IMG/VR virus record: IMGVR_UViG_3300046321_000078
Source of the DNA: an uncultured virus (IMG/VR IMGVR_UViG_3300046321_000078)
Taxonomy: Duplodnaviria > Heunggongvirae > Uroviricota > Caudoviricetes
Reading direction: 5' to 3' (one strand)
Length of the DNA stretch: 64,000 nt
This document shows positions 40,201 to 49,848 of this stretch, piece by piece. Below the pieces are notes generated by a model. It had not been told where the DNA came from and ran no database searches. It worked only from the letters and a program-made list of their open reading frames with translations. The position numbers and the translations under genes were made by a program. Positions within the stretch are counted from its first letter, which is position 1; each line of letters opens with the position of its first letter.

Positions 40201-41755
40201 ATTTACTGTTGATAACAAAACAGATACGGTTGCAACCATAGCGTATAGATATAATTCATTTACTAGAACTTGGACATCGTTTGATAAATCAGCACTGTGT
40301 GGTGTTGTTGGTATTAATAATAAGATGCACCTTGGTATGGACGATGTTATGTCTATTGAAGTGGAACGCAAGAAGTTAAACTCAAGAGATTATGTTGACA
40401 GAAATTATGATAGATCTATTTCAGCACTTTCAGGATCTAAAGTTTATATGGATAACGTTGCAGATATTGAAGTTGGTGATAGCATTACTCAAGAGCAATA
40501 TTTATCAATTGATGAATTTAATGATCTCGTTGAGAGGTTAAAGACTGATCCGCAACTTGGATTTTCGCAATCATTTTCAAAAGTAACCTTATTAGGCGGT
40601 GCTGATTTTACTGATGCGATGTTGGATTTAGTTATAGAATTAAATGCTAAGGATGTGAGTAGGGTATCTGCTTCTTTTACGTCTAGCATAGCTAATGTTA
40701 TTACAATACCTAACCACGGTTTTGAAGAAAATGATATTGTATTATTTACTTCTGTAGCTCCAAATAATTTAGTAAGTAATACTTATTATAGATTAGTTAA
40801 CGTCACTTTAAATACATTCAATATTACTAACTTAAAACCTAATGTTTTTATTCAGAATATATCAACTCTAGGTATTGGTATATTAACTGGAGTTAGTAGA
40901 GTATTAAACTTTAATTTAGTTAGAGATATTGATTATGCTACTTCTGAAATTGTTTTTCCAGAGCATGGTTTAGTCGATGGGGACGTTGTTACTTATTCAA
41001 ACAGTACGACACCGCTATTAGCTATTCCACCTACTGGTATGCAGGATAGCAGAATATATAAGGTGATAAACTCAACAGCGTCTAGATTTCAACTTATAGA
41101 ACAAACTTTAGATTTGGATATCGCCGAACATGGAACTGTAACTGAAGTTTATTACTACAGCGGTGAAACTATCAATAAACGAGTTCAACGAGAGTACAAT
41201 GATATCATTACTTCATTAAATGCTTCAAGTTTTGTGTTCTTTTCTAACTATGAATTATCAGTTGGTATGGAGGAGTTGGATTTAATTGTAAGTTCGGTAA
41301 ACCCGTCTCAAAATTATATTACTATTCCCTATAAATCTCCGTTTTATGTCGGATCTGTTATTCACTATAAGAGTATTAAATCTGAGATAGTTTGGGATTA
41401 CTTTACGATGGGAGACCCTTCTATGTTGAAACATGTCTCCGAAGGTACTGTGATGGTTGAGCAGAATAGTTTAAATAGATTAACTGTTGGATATGCCAGT
41501 GACTTATCTGGTGATTTTGAAAATGTGACTTTTACTCTAGACGGTGACGGTAACTTTGGTAAAGCTTTATTCGGTGAAACTGCTTTTGGTGGTAACGGAA
41601 CTTCTTACCCATTAAGAACTCTTATTCCTAAAATGAAGCAACGTTGTAGACATATTCGATGTCGTGTATTTCATGATAGTGCGTGGATGAAATATAATAT
41701 ATTAGGCATTAGTTACAAATTTGAAATCACAAGCGATAGAGCTTACAGGAGATAA
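37289..41755 (+). CDS. tail nozzle/stabilisation protein (P22 gp10/T7 gp12-like) with inserted beta-domains
   Basis: N-terminal NVV...I..RRG; LFIFKEEG; repeated HG...GD.V inserts; C-terminal K...EG...ILGI. Confidence 0.65.
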   Translation: MATSSINKATGLKTFANYIGESEGDQSLASNVVIDRDNIIEPRRGMKVLAELPEYSKQLLTYKDRVLCHYGNSIGYLNTVDPATMTVMKGTSNFTITTASYNVSIIDHALSVGDVVFFVKTRDYSTPSSYFPFPTGVNEVSSYVVYQIIDKDTITIADSLDGSPILLGANSKATLVYDFITNEVKSKLRIKYIELNSNLYFTTSDGVKKVSQLNPYAISRAGGITSLGVDLSLSFSGTGGFFGPNSFSQDVEVSYRVLWGTKDVNTNLILGKPSERAFVQNYTKQNADVIISFGVPQGITVDNFFQIYRTNVFNINGSGDEMRLIYESPYDGFSTVITVTDSTPEVIRDTGTPLYTNELSGEGILQSNDRPPVCEDICVYKNRAWFANTKTTQKLDMTFLGFDGFKDPIDAPVAVGNPATITLPSGHGVQVGEYVALANTTSVDGQYIVTAVTATSITISADSAQFGLNYVLYRTYVTITKNTQSNKYFFVGKPEITNLVAKPFGLQEKTKITINNVGTFYNVVGPALYFTLDSLTQHYFYYKINVSQTDPAIVGKTGHVITILTTDDEASIALKTQVAVASVTSEFTATVSGADVTVTNVGYGPAVDATPATSGVSLVITQGSVGVNPSEYFNLTSIDDKIKYSFWFAKSVADVAPIVSGRVVFKIDLYSTPTVTEDEVRDRIKETLDATGDFFTILGGTTGELIVTTITSGAVTDLISASQSGTSLTSINKTQDGFGENVALGFAKLSSYVSPAAAIEDTAKSLVKLINFTTNSPVYAYYLATTNSLPGQFYLEEKNFSATSFSIIGTGMQSNVSFNPVITSLVNSTNNVGNNVLMFSKEQQPEAVPVVNSFKIGPQDKAIKRILGLRDSLFIFKEEGLYRLTGENESNFNVAFFDNSGVIIAPDSAVVLNNQIYFLGIQGVSTASETGVGVISRPIEDIFNRASSEDFTNFSTSTFGISYEADRSYIVFTVDNKTDTVATIAYRYNSFTRTWTSFDKSALCGVVGINNKMHLGMDDVMSIEVERKKLNSRDYVDRNYDRSISALSGSKVYMDNVADIEVGDSITQEQYLSIDEFNDLVERLKTDPQLGFSQSFSKVTLLGGADFTDAMLDLVIELNAKDVSRVSASFTSSIANVITIPNHGFEENDIVLFTSVAPNNLVSNTYYRLVNVTLNTFNITNLKPNVFIQNISTLGIGILTGVSRVLNFNLVRDIDYATSEIVFPEHGLVDGDVVTYSNSTTPLLAIPPTGMQDSRIYKVINSTASRFQLIEQTLDLDIAEHGTVTEVYYYSGETINKRVQREYNDIITSLNASSFVFFSNYELSVGMEELDLIVSSVNPSQNYITIPYKSPFYVGSVIHYKSIKSEIVWDYFTMGDPSMLKHVSEGTVMVEQNSLNRLTVGYASDLSGDFENVTFTLDGDGNFGKALFGETAFGGNGTSYPLRTLIPKMKQRCRHIRCRVFHDSAWMKYNILGISYKFEITSDRAYRR

Positions 41756-41756
41756 T

Positions 41757-42254
41757 ATGGCGTATAAAATTGATCCTATTACTGGACAAATTATAAAACA
41801 AAAAACTGATGAAGCGATTCCAACTAATAAACCTTTTAATTCTAGGGAGTATGTCGGATATAGTAAAGATTTCAATAGGCCGAACTCTATAGTAGATTCT
41901 ATTGTTCCTATCGAAAATAGACAAATAGAACCTGAAGTCGGCGGATATGCTAACTTGGCCTCACTTCTAAAAGGTATACCTAGCTCTATGCCTGCGGTTG
42001 AAAAAGAAAAGACTTTAATTGAGCCTCAATTAATGGGTAGATATAAACAAGGTACTCCAGAATATAGTAAGAATGTTCTAGCGGAAGGTCTTGAATTTGA
42101 CGATGATCAGGATAGTCAGTTGCAAAAAATACAAGAGCAGGCGACTAGTGCTTCAGTTAATGACAATGAGGCTTCCGCACTTGATGATAAGTACGACCAA
42201 TTATATAACTCTTTTCGTCAAGCCAATAAACTGAAGTATCGTGGTGGAAACTAG
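41757..42254 (+). CDS. hypothetical virion protein
   Basis: Start moved to ATG 41757 after the AGGAGA RBS. Confidence 0.55.
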   Translation: MAYKIDPITGQIIKQKTDEAIPTNKPFNSREYVGYSKDFNRPNSIVDSIVPIENRQIEPEVGGYANLASLLKGIPSSMPAVEKEKTLIEPQLMGRYKQGTPEYSKNVLAEGLEFDDDQDSQLQKIQEQATSASVNDNEASALDDKYDQLYNSFRQANKLKYRGGN

Positions 42255-42661
42255 TGAAAATATCAGCTTTTAAACGAATTGTAAAAGAAGATTATGATGA
42301 GAAAGATCAGCCATTAGTCGAAAAATTAGCGTCTGTGTTCAATTTGTTCCAAGAACAGGTTTACTACGCTTTCAATAATAATATAACCATAGATGAGAAT
42401 CTGAGTGCAGTTACTGCGACTTTCAAAGCTAAGGTTGATACCACTGGAAAACCTATAGGTAATAACCAGGTCAAGTATACTTTAAAGACTAAAACTAAAG
42501 GTGCTATGGTGATTAACGTTAGGAGTTACGACGGTAGTATGTTGTCAGGTGCTCCTTTTATTACATACACATTGAATGGTGAAATTATAACAATTACACA
42601 AATTACAGGGTTATTAGCTAATAAAGATTACGATGTTACGGTTGTCTTTTTTGCTTCTTAA
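42254..42661 (+). CDS. virion structural/hypothetical protein
   Basis: GTG start coupled to the upstream stop. Confidence 0.6.
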   Translation: MKISAFKRIVKEDYDEKDQPLVEKLASVFNLFQEQVYYAFNNNITIDENLSAVTATFKAKVDTTGKPIGNNQVKYTLKTKTKGAMVINVRSYDGSMLSGAPFITYTLNGEIITITQITGLLANKDYDVTVVFFAS

Positions 42662-42671
42662 TACCCCTTAT

Positions 42672-42682
42672 TAACATATACT
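42672..42682 (+). promoter_or_regulatory. TAACATATACT motif
   Basis: Upstream of the ejection-protein block. Confidence 0.7.
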
Positions 42683-42701
42683 AGTATAGGGAGAATATAC
42701 T

Positions 42702-44651
42702 TTGGCTACCATTTCTAACCCAACCGATCCAAATAAAGTAGTAGCTACTACGTCTAATGTGACCCCTCAAGTTGCTCAGCCTCAAGCTGCTAGTAATACT
42801 ACAGGTCAGTATTCTACGCTACAAAAGTATCTAGGAGCTAATCAGAATAGTGGTCAACGTTTAGCTGGTGCTATTAATAATAATCTTACTGCTGAATCTA
42901 AGTCTTTAACTGATACGACTAATCGAGAATTAAATGAATCCGATGTTTCTAATAAGAAAATTGGAGATCTTACAGGTCAAACGAATGTATTTACTGGCAA
43001 ATTAAATAGCGCGAATGATTCTGCGGAAACTTGGGATAAAGGATTAGCATCTTTTTCTAAGGGTAGAGTCCACAACACGCTAGCATACAAAGATCCTATA
43101 GAAAGAGATAAAGCTTTCTCAGCCAGTGATAAATCTGCCTATGAGAAAGAGTATGGAGTTAGGCCAGGAACTACAAACGGCGGATATGATGCCGCTAAGT
43201 ATTCTAGTAACTTATCTGGAACTCAAGCTGCTGCCGATATTGCTGCTAATCGTAATGATTTAAACTCTTTCAGAAATATAGCAACTGGTAATACTTCTGA
43301 TAAATTACGTACTGATTCAGAAGCAGAGGCTAAGCAAGCGTTAAGTGCTTCACAGAGAGCTTATGATACAAATAAAAATAGACAGTCTCAATTGAGTAAC
43401 TTTAATGATAGGTCTTCTTTATTGCAGAACGCTATCAATAGTAAAAATCAAAGAGCTGGATTACAGAATCTAGATAATGCTTTATTATCACAAGATAAAT
43501 CTGGAGAATTAAATCGAGTTAATGCTGGGCTACAAACTAATACAAAGAATTTACAAGAGTATAAGAATTTGGCAGATGCTAGATCTCGTGATGTTATATC
43601 ACTAGCTTCAACACAGAATGCCGCAGAGTCTGGTCTTAATAATAGACTTACCGATATGAATAAGGAACAACAGGCCGATTTAGAGGCTCGTAAGATGTCT
43701 ATCAACGAAGCTAAAGCTACTCAAGTTGCATCTCTTAATGATAAGTTTAGTAAATTTAAAAGTTCTGGTGACGTGGATGATGAACTTTATAATGCTTTGG
43801 AACTTGCTAATGTTAGAGACGTCGACGCGATTGCTAAGAAGTCTTTAGGTATTAATGATCCAAGTAAAATGACAAATCCCGATTTACAACCTATTCGCAT
43901 GTTTAATGCTATGGATGGGTATGATAAGTTATCTAATGTTGCTAATATGGATTTATTACAACGTAATGCTTTGACTGGATCTGAGGTAGCTAATCAACAG
44001 GATATTGATAGACTAGGTATTTTAAATACTTTGTCTGGTGGTAATATTAAGAATGATTTAAAGTTATCTGATTTTACTGGAACACAATTAGGCCCTTCTT
44101 CTTTGGATGATACAATTAATCAACAAGGTCAGAACTTTCTCGATACTATGAACAACCAGAAGTTTATCCGAGGTCAGTCTGACAGTAAGCATAATGGTAC
44201 ATGGTATGGAGGTGACGTTTATGCTTCAGCTAGTAATGCAGATAAGTTATATAATAATACTATTAAAAAGGGGTTGGAATACCGACCGACCGCTAGAAGT
44301 GGTAATGGATACCATAATCAAGCTTTTGAATCAAATGAATTTGCGCCTAATACTGGAAATCCTTTAGATAATTTCCAACAAGGGTACAGCGAAGGTGATG
44401 TTACTAGAGGTCAATTTGATATAGGTAAAGGCGAGGCTCAGCAGATCTATAGAACATTAGTTAATCAAGGTTTTGATCAACGAGCAAATAGACAAGCTGC
44501 TCCAGATGCAGACTTCAGTACTGGCGGTGCGGGGGAAGCCTTAGCTAGAGCTGAAGATAATGCAGTAGAGAATATTTCATCACGGATTGATCAAGATCTT
44601 AAGAATCAAGGTTATCAACGTCTTATTAAAAGAATGAAGCAGGGGACATAA
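42702..44651 (+). CDS. probable internal virion (DNA ejection) protein
   Basis: Asn/Gln/Ala-rich, helical; position. Confidence 0.55.
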   Translation: MATISNPTDPNKVVATTSNVTPQVAQPQAASNTTGQYSTLQKYLGANQNSGQRLAGAINNNLTAESKSLTDTTNRELNESDVSNKKIGDLTGQTNVFTGKLNSANDSAETWDKGLASFSKGRVHNTLAYKDPIERDKAFSASDKSAYEKEYGVRPGTTNGGYDAAKYSSNLSGTQAAADIAANRNDLNSFRNIATGNTSDKLRTDSEAEAKQALSASQRAYDTNKNRQSQLSNFNDRSSLLQNAINSKNQRAGLQNLDNALLSQDKSGELNRVNAGLQTNTKNLQEYKNLADARSRDVISLASTQNAAESGLNNRLTDMNKEQQADLEARKMSINEAKATQVASLNDKFSKFKSSGDVDDELYNALELANVRDVDAIAKKSLGINDPSKMTNPDLQPIRMFNAMDGYDKLSNVANMDLLQRNALTGSEVANQQDIDRLGILNTLSGGNIKNDLKLSDFTGTQLGPSSLDDTINQQGQNFLDTMNNQKFIRGQSDSKHNGTWYGGDVYASASNADKLYNNTIKKGLEYRPTARSGNGYHNQAFESNEFAPNTGNPLDNFQQGYSEGDVTRGQFDIGKGEAQQIYRTLVNQGFDQRANRQAAPDADFSTGGAGEALARAEDNAVENISSRIDQDLKNQGYQRLIKRMKQGT

Positions 44652-45724
44652 TGGCTAAAAATGATAAAGCATTAAGTGGGGCAGCTAGCGGAGCAGCGAC
44701 AGGTACGGCTATTATGCCTGGATGGGGTACAGCTATTGGTGCTGTAGCCGGTGGACTTATGGGTGCTATGGGGGACTCTGCGTCGGAAGGTGATCAAAAA
44801 AGAATAGAAGAGGCTCAAGCTCGTAATTTAGCTTTATATAACAATTTATTAGTTCCAAATCAACAAGTTAATTATGAGAATTTAACTGAAGGTGTTCAAT
44901 TAGATCCTCGTCTTCAAGTTGCAGATCAATTACAAGGTCGTGATAATTTACAAGATATTAATTTAGATCCTCGTTTAGCTCAAGCTAAAATGAATAGTTT
45001 AGAAGCTATGCAAAAAATTGCAGGTGGTGGATTTACTCCTCAGGAATTAAATGCTTTACAAGAACAGCGTTCTAATCGTGAAGCAGATCTTACTTCAAAA
45101 CTTAAAGCGTTACAACAGAATCAAGATATGCGTGGGGTTGGTAATAGTGATATGGCCTTAGCTCAGCGTATGATGGAAGCTCAAGGAAGTGCTAATAGAG
45201 GTGCTCAAGATGCTCGTAGTCTTCAAGCTCAGGGTATGCAGCGTTCTATGCAAGCTATTATAGACGGTGGTAATTTAGCTAATCAATATGAAAATACAGA
45301 CTACTCTCGACAAGGTAATTTAGCACAAGCTAAGAATGCTCGTGAGTTGACAAACTTTAGAGAAACTGCTAGTGTTAATCAAGGTAATGTTGATAGATTT
45401 AATAATGCATTAGCTAATAATGTAGCTCGTAGTAGATCAGTTGCTGATCAAAATGCCGGTATTAATAATACTCAACAGGACATGAGGAATACTTTGGCTC
45501 AACGTGCATTTCAGAATAATGTTACTAAGATTACCGGTCAGTCTGGTGCTAATGCTAATGATGCAGCAGCTGCTCAGAATAATATTAATGCTAGTAATTC
45601 TCAATGGGGAGGCTTAATGAGTGGTGCTATGCAGGCAGGTGCTGCTTATATGGGTAGTAATGATAATGATAAAAAGATGGCTAATGACTTGAAAATTGCT
45701 CAAGTAAAAGCCGGTAAAGGATAG
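44651..45724 (+). CDS. DNA ejection/pilot protein
   Basis: GAASGAATGTAIMPGWGTAIGAVAGGLMG glycine zipper; Q/N/A-rich. Confidence 0.7.
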   Translation: MAKNDKALSGAASGAATGTAIMPGWGTAIGAVAGGLMGAMGDSASEGDQKRIEEAQARNLALYNNLLVPNQQVNYENLTEGVQLDPRLQVADQLQGRDNLQDINLDPRLAQAKMNSLEAMQKIAGGGFTPQELNALQEQRSNREADLTSKLKALQQNQDMRGVGNSDMALAQRMMEAQGSANRGAQDARSLQAQGMQRSMQAIIDGGNLANQYENTDYSRQGNLAQAKNARELTNFRETASVNQGNVDRFNNALANNVARSRSVADQNAGINNTQQDMRNTLAQRAFQNNVTKITGQSGANANDAAAAQNNINASNSQWGGLMSGAMQAGAAYMGSNDNDKKMANDLKIAQVKAGKG

Positions 45725-45727
45725 ATA

Positions 45728-47122
45728 ATGAATAGCGATTTAATGAAAAAACTATTACAAGGTCTACCTCAACAAAACGAACTGGTTGATCAGATTGGTA
45801 ATAGCCCAGCTTACGAAGTTGCTCCAAATTTAGACCCCAGTATTTACCCATCTCCTATGGCATACCCTGAACGCACTATGGTTCCAATTGATTTCTCTAA
45901 AGAAGACGAAGTAATAAACGCCGACGTTGTTTCTCAACCTGCAAAACTGAATGCTGGATTACCTTTTACACCAAAGAGTACACCGTTACCAATTACTCCA
46001 GAGATTCCAGTAGAAGCTAAGAAACCTTCTTTAGCTGATATTTTAGCTGGTTTAAAAAAACCACAAGATAATGATGATCTGAAGAATGCTCAAGCTAGTC
46101 GTGATGACATGCTTACTAACTTATTATATATGAAAGCTGCTAATACAGCGGCTCAAGCTATGGTGCATCAAAAAGCTGATCCGGACTTCTTAAAGGATCA
46201 CATGGCTCTAAATGAAAATAAGGTAACTAATGTTAAAGATCAAACTAAAGCTAATATTGATGCTGAGAAATTAGGCTTTGAACGTAGTAAGAATGCTATT
46301 GATGAAAATAAAGCAGTTTTTGAGATGGGTGATAAAGAAAAAGAAAATGACCCAGCTAGTAATCTTTCTAAGTCTTTCCGAGATTTTAAGAATAAGTATT
46401 ACGAGGAAATGGGATCTAAGGTTAGAGTTGGAGAAGGTTTATCTTATTCTGATTTAGCTAAAGCTACTGGAGCGTTAGATCAGTCTATCATGGTTGCTTA
46501 CAATACTAAATTAAGAAATGAAGATCGAGCTATAGCTAGACAAGAATCTGCTGGTATTAAAGCTGACAATAAAAATCAATCAAACAAAGAGTTTAATGCT
46601 AAGTTGGGAAATCAATTTGCGGAACAATTGAAACCTGCAATTAAAATAAAAGAAAACGCGCTTAGTCTTAAGCGTACACTATCCGATGCTATGAAAGATC
46701 CTTCTGGACTAAAGGATATCTCAGCAATTTACCAGTATATTAAAGCATTAGACGCTGACTCTGCGGTAAAAGAGGGTGAAGTACAGCTTATTCAATCCGC
46801 TATTCCCAAATTTAACACAATCGCTAATCAGGTTGAAGGTCAATTTGGTGGAGATGTTAAGAAGTTGACTCCAGAATCTCGTAAACGATTATTAGAGATA
46901 GCAGGGCAATATGTTCAAGCTGGTGACGCAGCTTACGATAGAGCTTATAGAACAAAGAATGCTATAGCTACCGCCATGGGTGTTCCTGATGAATATTATA
47001 ATCCTTACGCTAAGTCTTTTGAGAAACAAACACAGGCGGAGCCGGTTAAAACTATGAAAGCTCCTGAAGTTGGTGCTGATCAAGACTTTGAAGAATTTCT
47101 AAAGAAAAACAAAGGTAAATAA
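45728..47122 (+). CDS. internal virion (ejection) protein
   Basis: DISAIYQYIKALDADSAVKEGE motif, recalled from phage internal proteins. Confidence 0.6.
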   Translation: MNSDLMKKLLQGLPQQNELVDQIGNSPAYEVAPNLDPSIYPSPMAYPERTMVPIDFSKEDEVINADVVSQPAKLNAGLPFTPKSTPLPITPEIPVEAKKPSLADILAGLKKPQDNDDLKNAQASRDDMLTNLLYMKAANTAAQAMVHQKADPDFLKDHMALNENKVTNVKDQTKANIDAEKLGFERSKNAIDENKAVFEMGDKEKENDPASNLSKSFRDFKNKYYEEMGSKVRVGEGLSYSDLAKATGALDQSIMVAYNTKLRNEDRAIARQESAGIKADNKNQSNKEFNAKLGNQFAEQLKPAIKIKENALSLKRTLSDAMKDPSGLKDISAIYQYIKALDADSAVKEGEVQLIQSAIPKFNTIANQVEGQFGGDVKKLTPESRKRLLEIAGQYVQAGDAAYDRAYRTKNAIATAMGVPDEYYNPYAKSFEKQTQAEPVKTMKAPEVGADQDFEEFLKKNKGK

Positions 47123-48702
47123 TGAGCAGTCGCGACGAGTTATATAAAGAATATTTAGCACAGAAGTCCGCAGCGGTGGAACCTTCTAGAGACGATGCTT
47201 ATCAGGAGTATTTGTCTCAAAAAGATATGTCAGTTGATAATATATCTAAACTAGATAGTTTATTGAGAGGATCTTCTCAAGGCGTTACTTTTGGATTTGC
47301 TGATGAACTTGCTGGAGCTGGTGAATCGACTTTAGGTTCTCTTGGGTTGGTTCCTGATAAAACTTATGAACAAGCTCGTGATGAGTCAAGAAATTCTTAT
47401 GAAGCAGCTAAGACTGCTAACCCTGGATCATATCTTACTGGACAAGTTGCTGGCGGTGTTGCATCTTCTTTTTTACCAGGAGGAGCCATTCTTAATGCTG
47501 GTAAAGGTTTAAAAGGTGCAGCATTGGTTGGAGCGGGTTTAGGTGGTTTATCTGCCGCTGGTGAGTCTGAGGCCGGAGTTACAGATGCAGCATTATATAA
47601 AGATATTGGTTCAGGTTTAGCAGTTGGTGGAGCTACTGGTGGTGCTGTTAATGTATTAGGATCTGTATTAAATGCCGTAGCTAACACAAAAACTGCGGAT
47701 ACTTTAAGTCGTTTATTTTCTAATGCTAAAGGTGGTAATAGTTTGTTATCTCAAGATGCAACAACTCTTTTGAATAATAAAATAATGAGTCAAGCTGATG
47801 ATTTATCATCGAGTGTTATTGGTAAACTAAAAACTGCCGGTAAAGAGTTAGGTGCTGCTAAAAAAGAAATTATGCCGGAGAACGTAAGAGCTACTCAAGA
47901 AGGTTTAGAGAGTTTAGCTAAGGATATAACTAGAAACGATATAAATGCCGGATCTATGAATGGTGTTGTTGAAAAAATAACGAATATGTCAGCAAATTTA
48001 GACAACATGTCAGCAAAAGAAATAGAGAACCAATTAGCTAGAATTCGTAAGGACTCTTTAGCATTCTCATCTCCGTCTGAAACCGAAGAACTTATGCAAG
48101 TTATTGACAGTGTGATCGGTAAGAATAATCCTAAATATTCATCAGCATTGGATGCTGCTAAGATTCCTTACAAAGACGCCGCGACAGCAAATAAAGCAAT
48201 AGGTGATGTGTCTGAACGTAATTTCTCAGATGATATTGTCGATCTGGAAAATACTAAAAATAGACTTACTCAATTAACTAAGAATGCTTCAAAAAAAGAA
48301 ACTAACGACTCAGCCAATAGACTATCATCTATTGGTAAATTTACTGGAGAAGAGAATTCTCTGAACAATATGATTAGTGATGCTACAAATATGAATATAG
48401 CTGAAGACGCTAGTAACATGTTAAAGTCTGTTAATATAACAAATCCAGTTAGTATATTAAAACCTTTAGCTTTCGGTTCTGCGGATGCTACTGGTAGGGT
48501 TGTAGGTGCTTTTAATAAGAGTACCGAACCTTTGCAAAAGGCAGCAGCTTTTGTTAAAAAAGTTGGAGTCGAATCTTCATTAGGTAAGAAAGTTTCAGAT
48601 ATGCTGCAAATGGTACCTACTGCTAGAGATAGAGCTTTATTTACTCTATCACAGCAGCCGTGGTTTAGAACTGTAACTAAAGATGACGAGAATAAGAAAT
48701 AA
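47122..48702 (+). CDS. internal virion (ejection) protein
   Basis: QGVTFGFADELAG, ANPGSY..G..AGG; Gly-rich hydrophobic helices. Confidence 0.65.
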   Translation: MSSRDELYKEYLAQKSAAVEPSRDDAYQEYLSQKDMSVDNISKLDSLLRGSSQGVTFGFADELAGAGESTLGSLGLVPDKTYEQARDESRNSYEAAKTANPGSYLTGQVAGGVASSFLPGGAILNAGKGLKGAALVGAGLGGLSAAGESEAGVTDAALYKDIGSGLAVGGATGGAVNVLGSVLNAVANTKTADTLSRLFSNAKGGNSLLSQDATTLLNNKIMSQADDLSSSVIGKLKTAGKELGAAKKEIMPENVRATQEGLESLAKDITRNDINAGSMNGVVEKITNMSANLDNMSAKEIENQLARIRKDSLAFSSPSETEELMQVIDSVIGKNNPKYSSALDAAKIPYKDAATANKAIGDVSERNFSDDIVDLENTKNRLTQLTKNASKKETNDSANRLSSIGKFTGEENSLNNMISDATNMNIAEDASNMLKSVNITNPVSILKPLAFGSADATGRVVGAFNKSTEPLQKAAAFVKKVGVESSLGKKVSDMLQMVPTARDRALFTLSQQPWFRTVTKDDENKK

Positions 48703-48718
48703 TACTTAAGGGGTACTT

Positions 48719-48979
48719 ATGTCAGATATTAAACGTGTTATAGAAAAATTGGATATGATGGATTCTAGAATGGATAATATTGACATTACTCTTGCTAAAC
48801 AGCATGTATCTTTAGATGAGCATATTAGACGTACCGAACTTTTAGAAATAGCTAGAGAGAAATCTGACGAGAAGATTTCTAACTTAGAGTCCCACAAGGA
48901 CAAAGTAATCGGTGGTATTGCTATTCTTGGTATTCTTGGTAGTTTTATTTTAGGTCTTAAACAATTAGGATTATTCTAG
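48719..48979 (+). CDS. coiled-coil plus C-terminal TM protein (holin-like)
   Basis: Heptad N-terminus, single C-terminal TM; last late gene. Confidence 0.5.
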   Translation: MSDIKRVIEKLDMMDSRMDNIDITLAKQHVSLDEHIRRTELLEIAREKSDEKISNLESHKDKVIGGIAILGILGSFILGLKQLGLF

Positions 48980-49516
48980 TTTATAAAAATCAATGTAAAA
49001 TGCTACCATTTCAAAAGGTAATACAGCTCCGCTGGACATCAGTCGTATAAATTCTCGTTTACTCATCAACTCTGGAACTTCTTTTTCTTTTAAAATAGCT
49101 TCTTCAAAATTCATATCCATATAACGCTCTTGCCACATGTCCATAGCAACTTCAGGATCTATGTCTACTTTACGTCCTGATGCCCTACCTTGAGCATATA
49201 CGTCGCGCTGCCTTGCATTATTCTCGGTGTATATCTCACGCTTACTAGTCTTTGACTTGTGGTGTACTTTACCGCCGTGATTAAATCTAGCACCTAGTTT
49301 CTCTTCCATAAATGAAGATAAGTATTCTTTATCTTTAGGGGATAAGTCGTCAATATAGTCTATGTCGTGGAATTCTTGTTTTACTTTTGAGAAGAGTCGG
49401 GGATTGAGCCCTGGATACTTAGCATTCTCTCTAGCTGTTCTTTTTCCCTTTGGTTTATCTTTCTGGCCTTGTGTGACTTCTTTGCTCCGAGTATTCTTGA
49501 TAGTTTTTGTTGCCAT
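48971..49516 (-). CDS. basic hypothetical protein
   Basis: Likely start MATKT after an AAGGA RBS. Confidence 0.55.
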   Translation of the reverse strand: MATKTIKNTRSKEVTQGQKDKPKGKRTARENAKYPGLNPRLFSKVKQEFHDIDYIDDLSPKDKEYLSSFMEEKLGARFNHGGKVHHKSKTSKREIYTENNARQRDVYAQGRASGRKVDIDPEVAMDMWQERYMDMNFEEAILKEKEVPELMSKREFIRLMSSGAVLPFEMVAFYIDFYKLE

Positions 49517-49848
49517 TCTGGTGCATCCTTCTTGAATTGCAGATATGCTATTTTGAAAGCAACAGAACATTTAAGTCCCCATGCTAACTTTGTAGTTCCT
49601 GGATAACGTTGTCTTAATCTGTATAATTTAGCAGCTCCGCTACCTTCGGTAAAAGAACTTCGATGTGGTACTTTTTTGTATTTAGTAAAATACCACTTTG
49701 AATAGAATACAAACAAATCATTATATAAAATACGTTTAGATAGATCGTCTTCTGAATAGCCGTTTTGTTTTAAGAATGTATCAAAAGGACAATCTGTTAA
49801 ATTGCTAGCCGAAGAAGCTATGTCTAATAAATCTTTAAAGTCATCCAT
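49381..49848 (-). CDS. hypothetical protein (possibly winged-helix-like N-terminus)
   Basis: Coupled to the upstream stop; overlaps the next gene. Confidence 0.5.
   Translation of the reverse strand: MDDFKDLLDIASSASNLTDCPFDTFLKQNGYSEDDLSKRILYNDLFVFYSKWYFTKYKKVPHRSSFTEGSGAAKLYRLRQRYPGTTKLAWGLKCSVAFKIAYLQFKKDAPEWQQKLSRILGAKKSHKARKINQREKEQLERMLSIQGSIPDSSQK

Noticed and set aside
17097..47687. Short opposite-strand or alternate-frame ORFs in the track (e.g. 17097..17447, 23769..24029, 36395..36658, 47397..47687)
   Set aside because: Shadows of long genes or the intron; no RBS or motifs. The same applies to 3086..3310 and 54486..54821.
42702..48702. Tape measure protein
   Set aside because: Four medium-sized genes with ejection-protein motifs; no tail tube or sheath genes recognised
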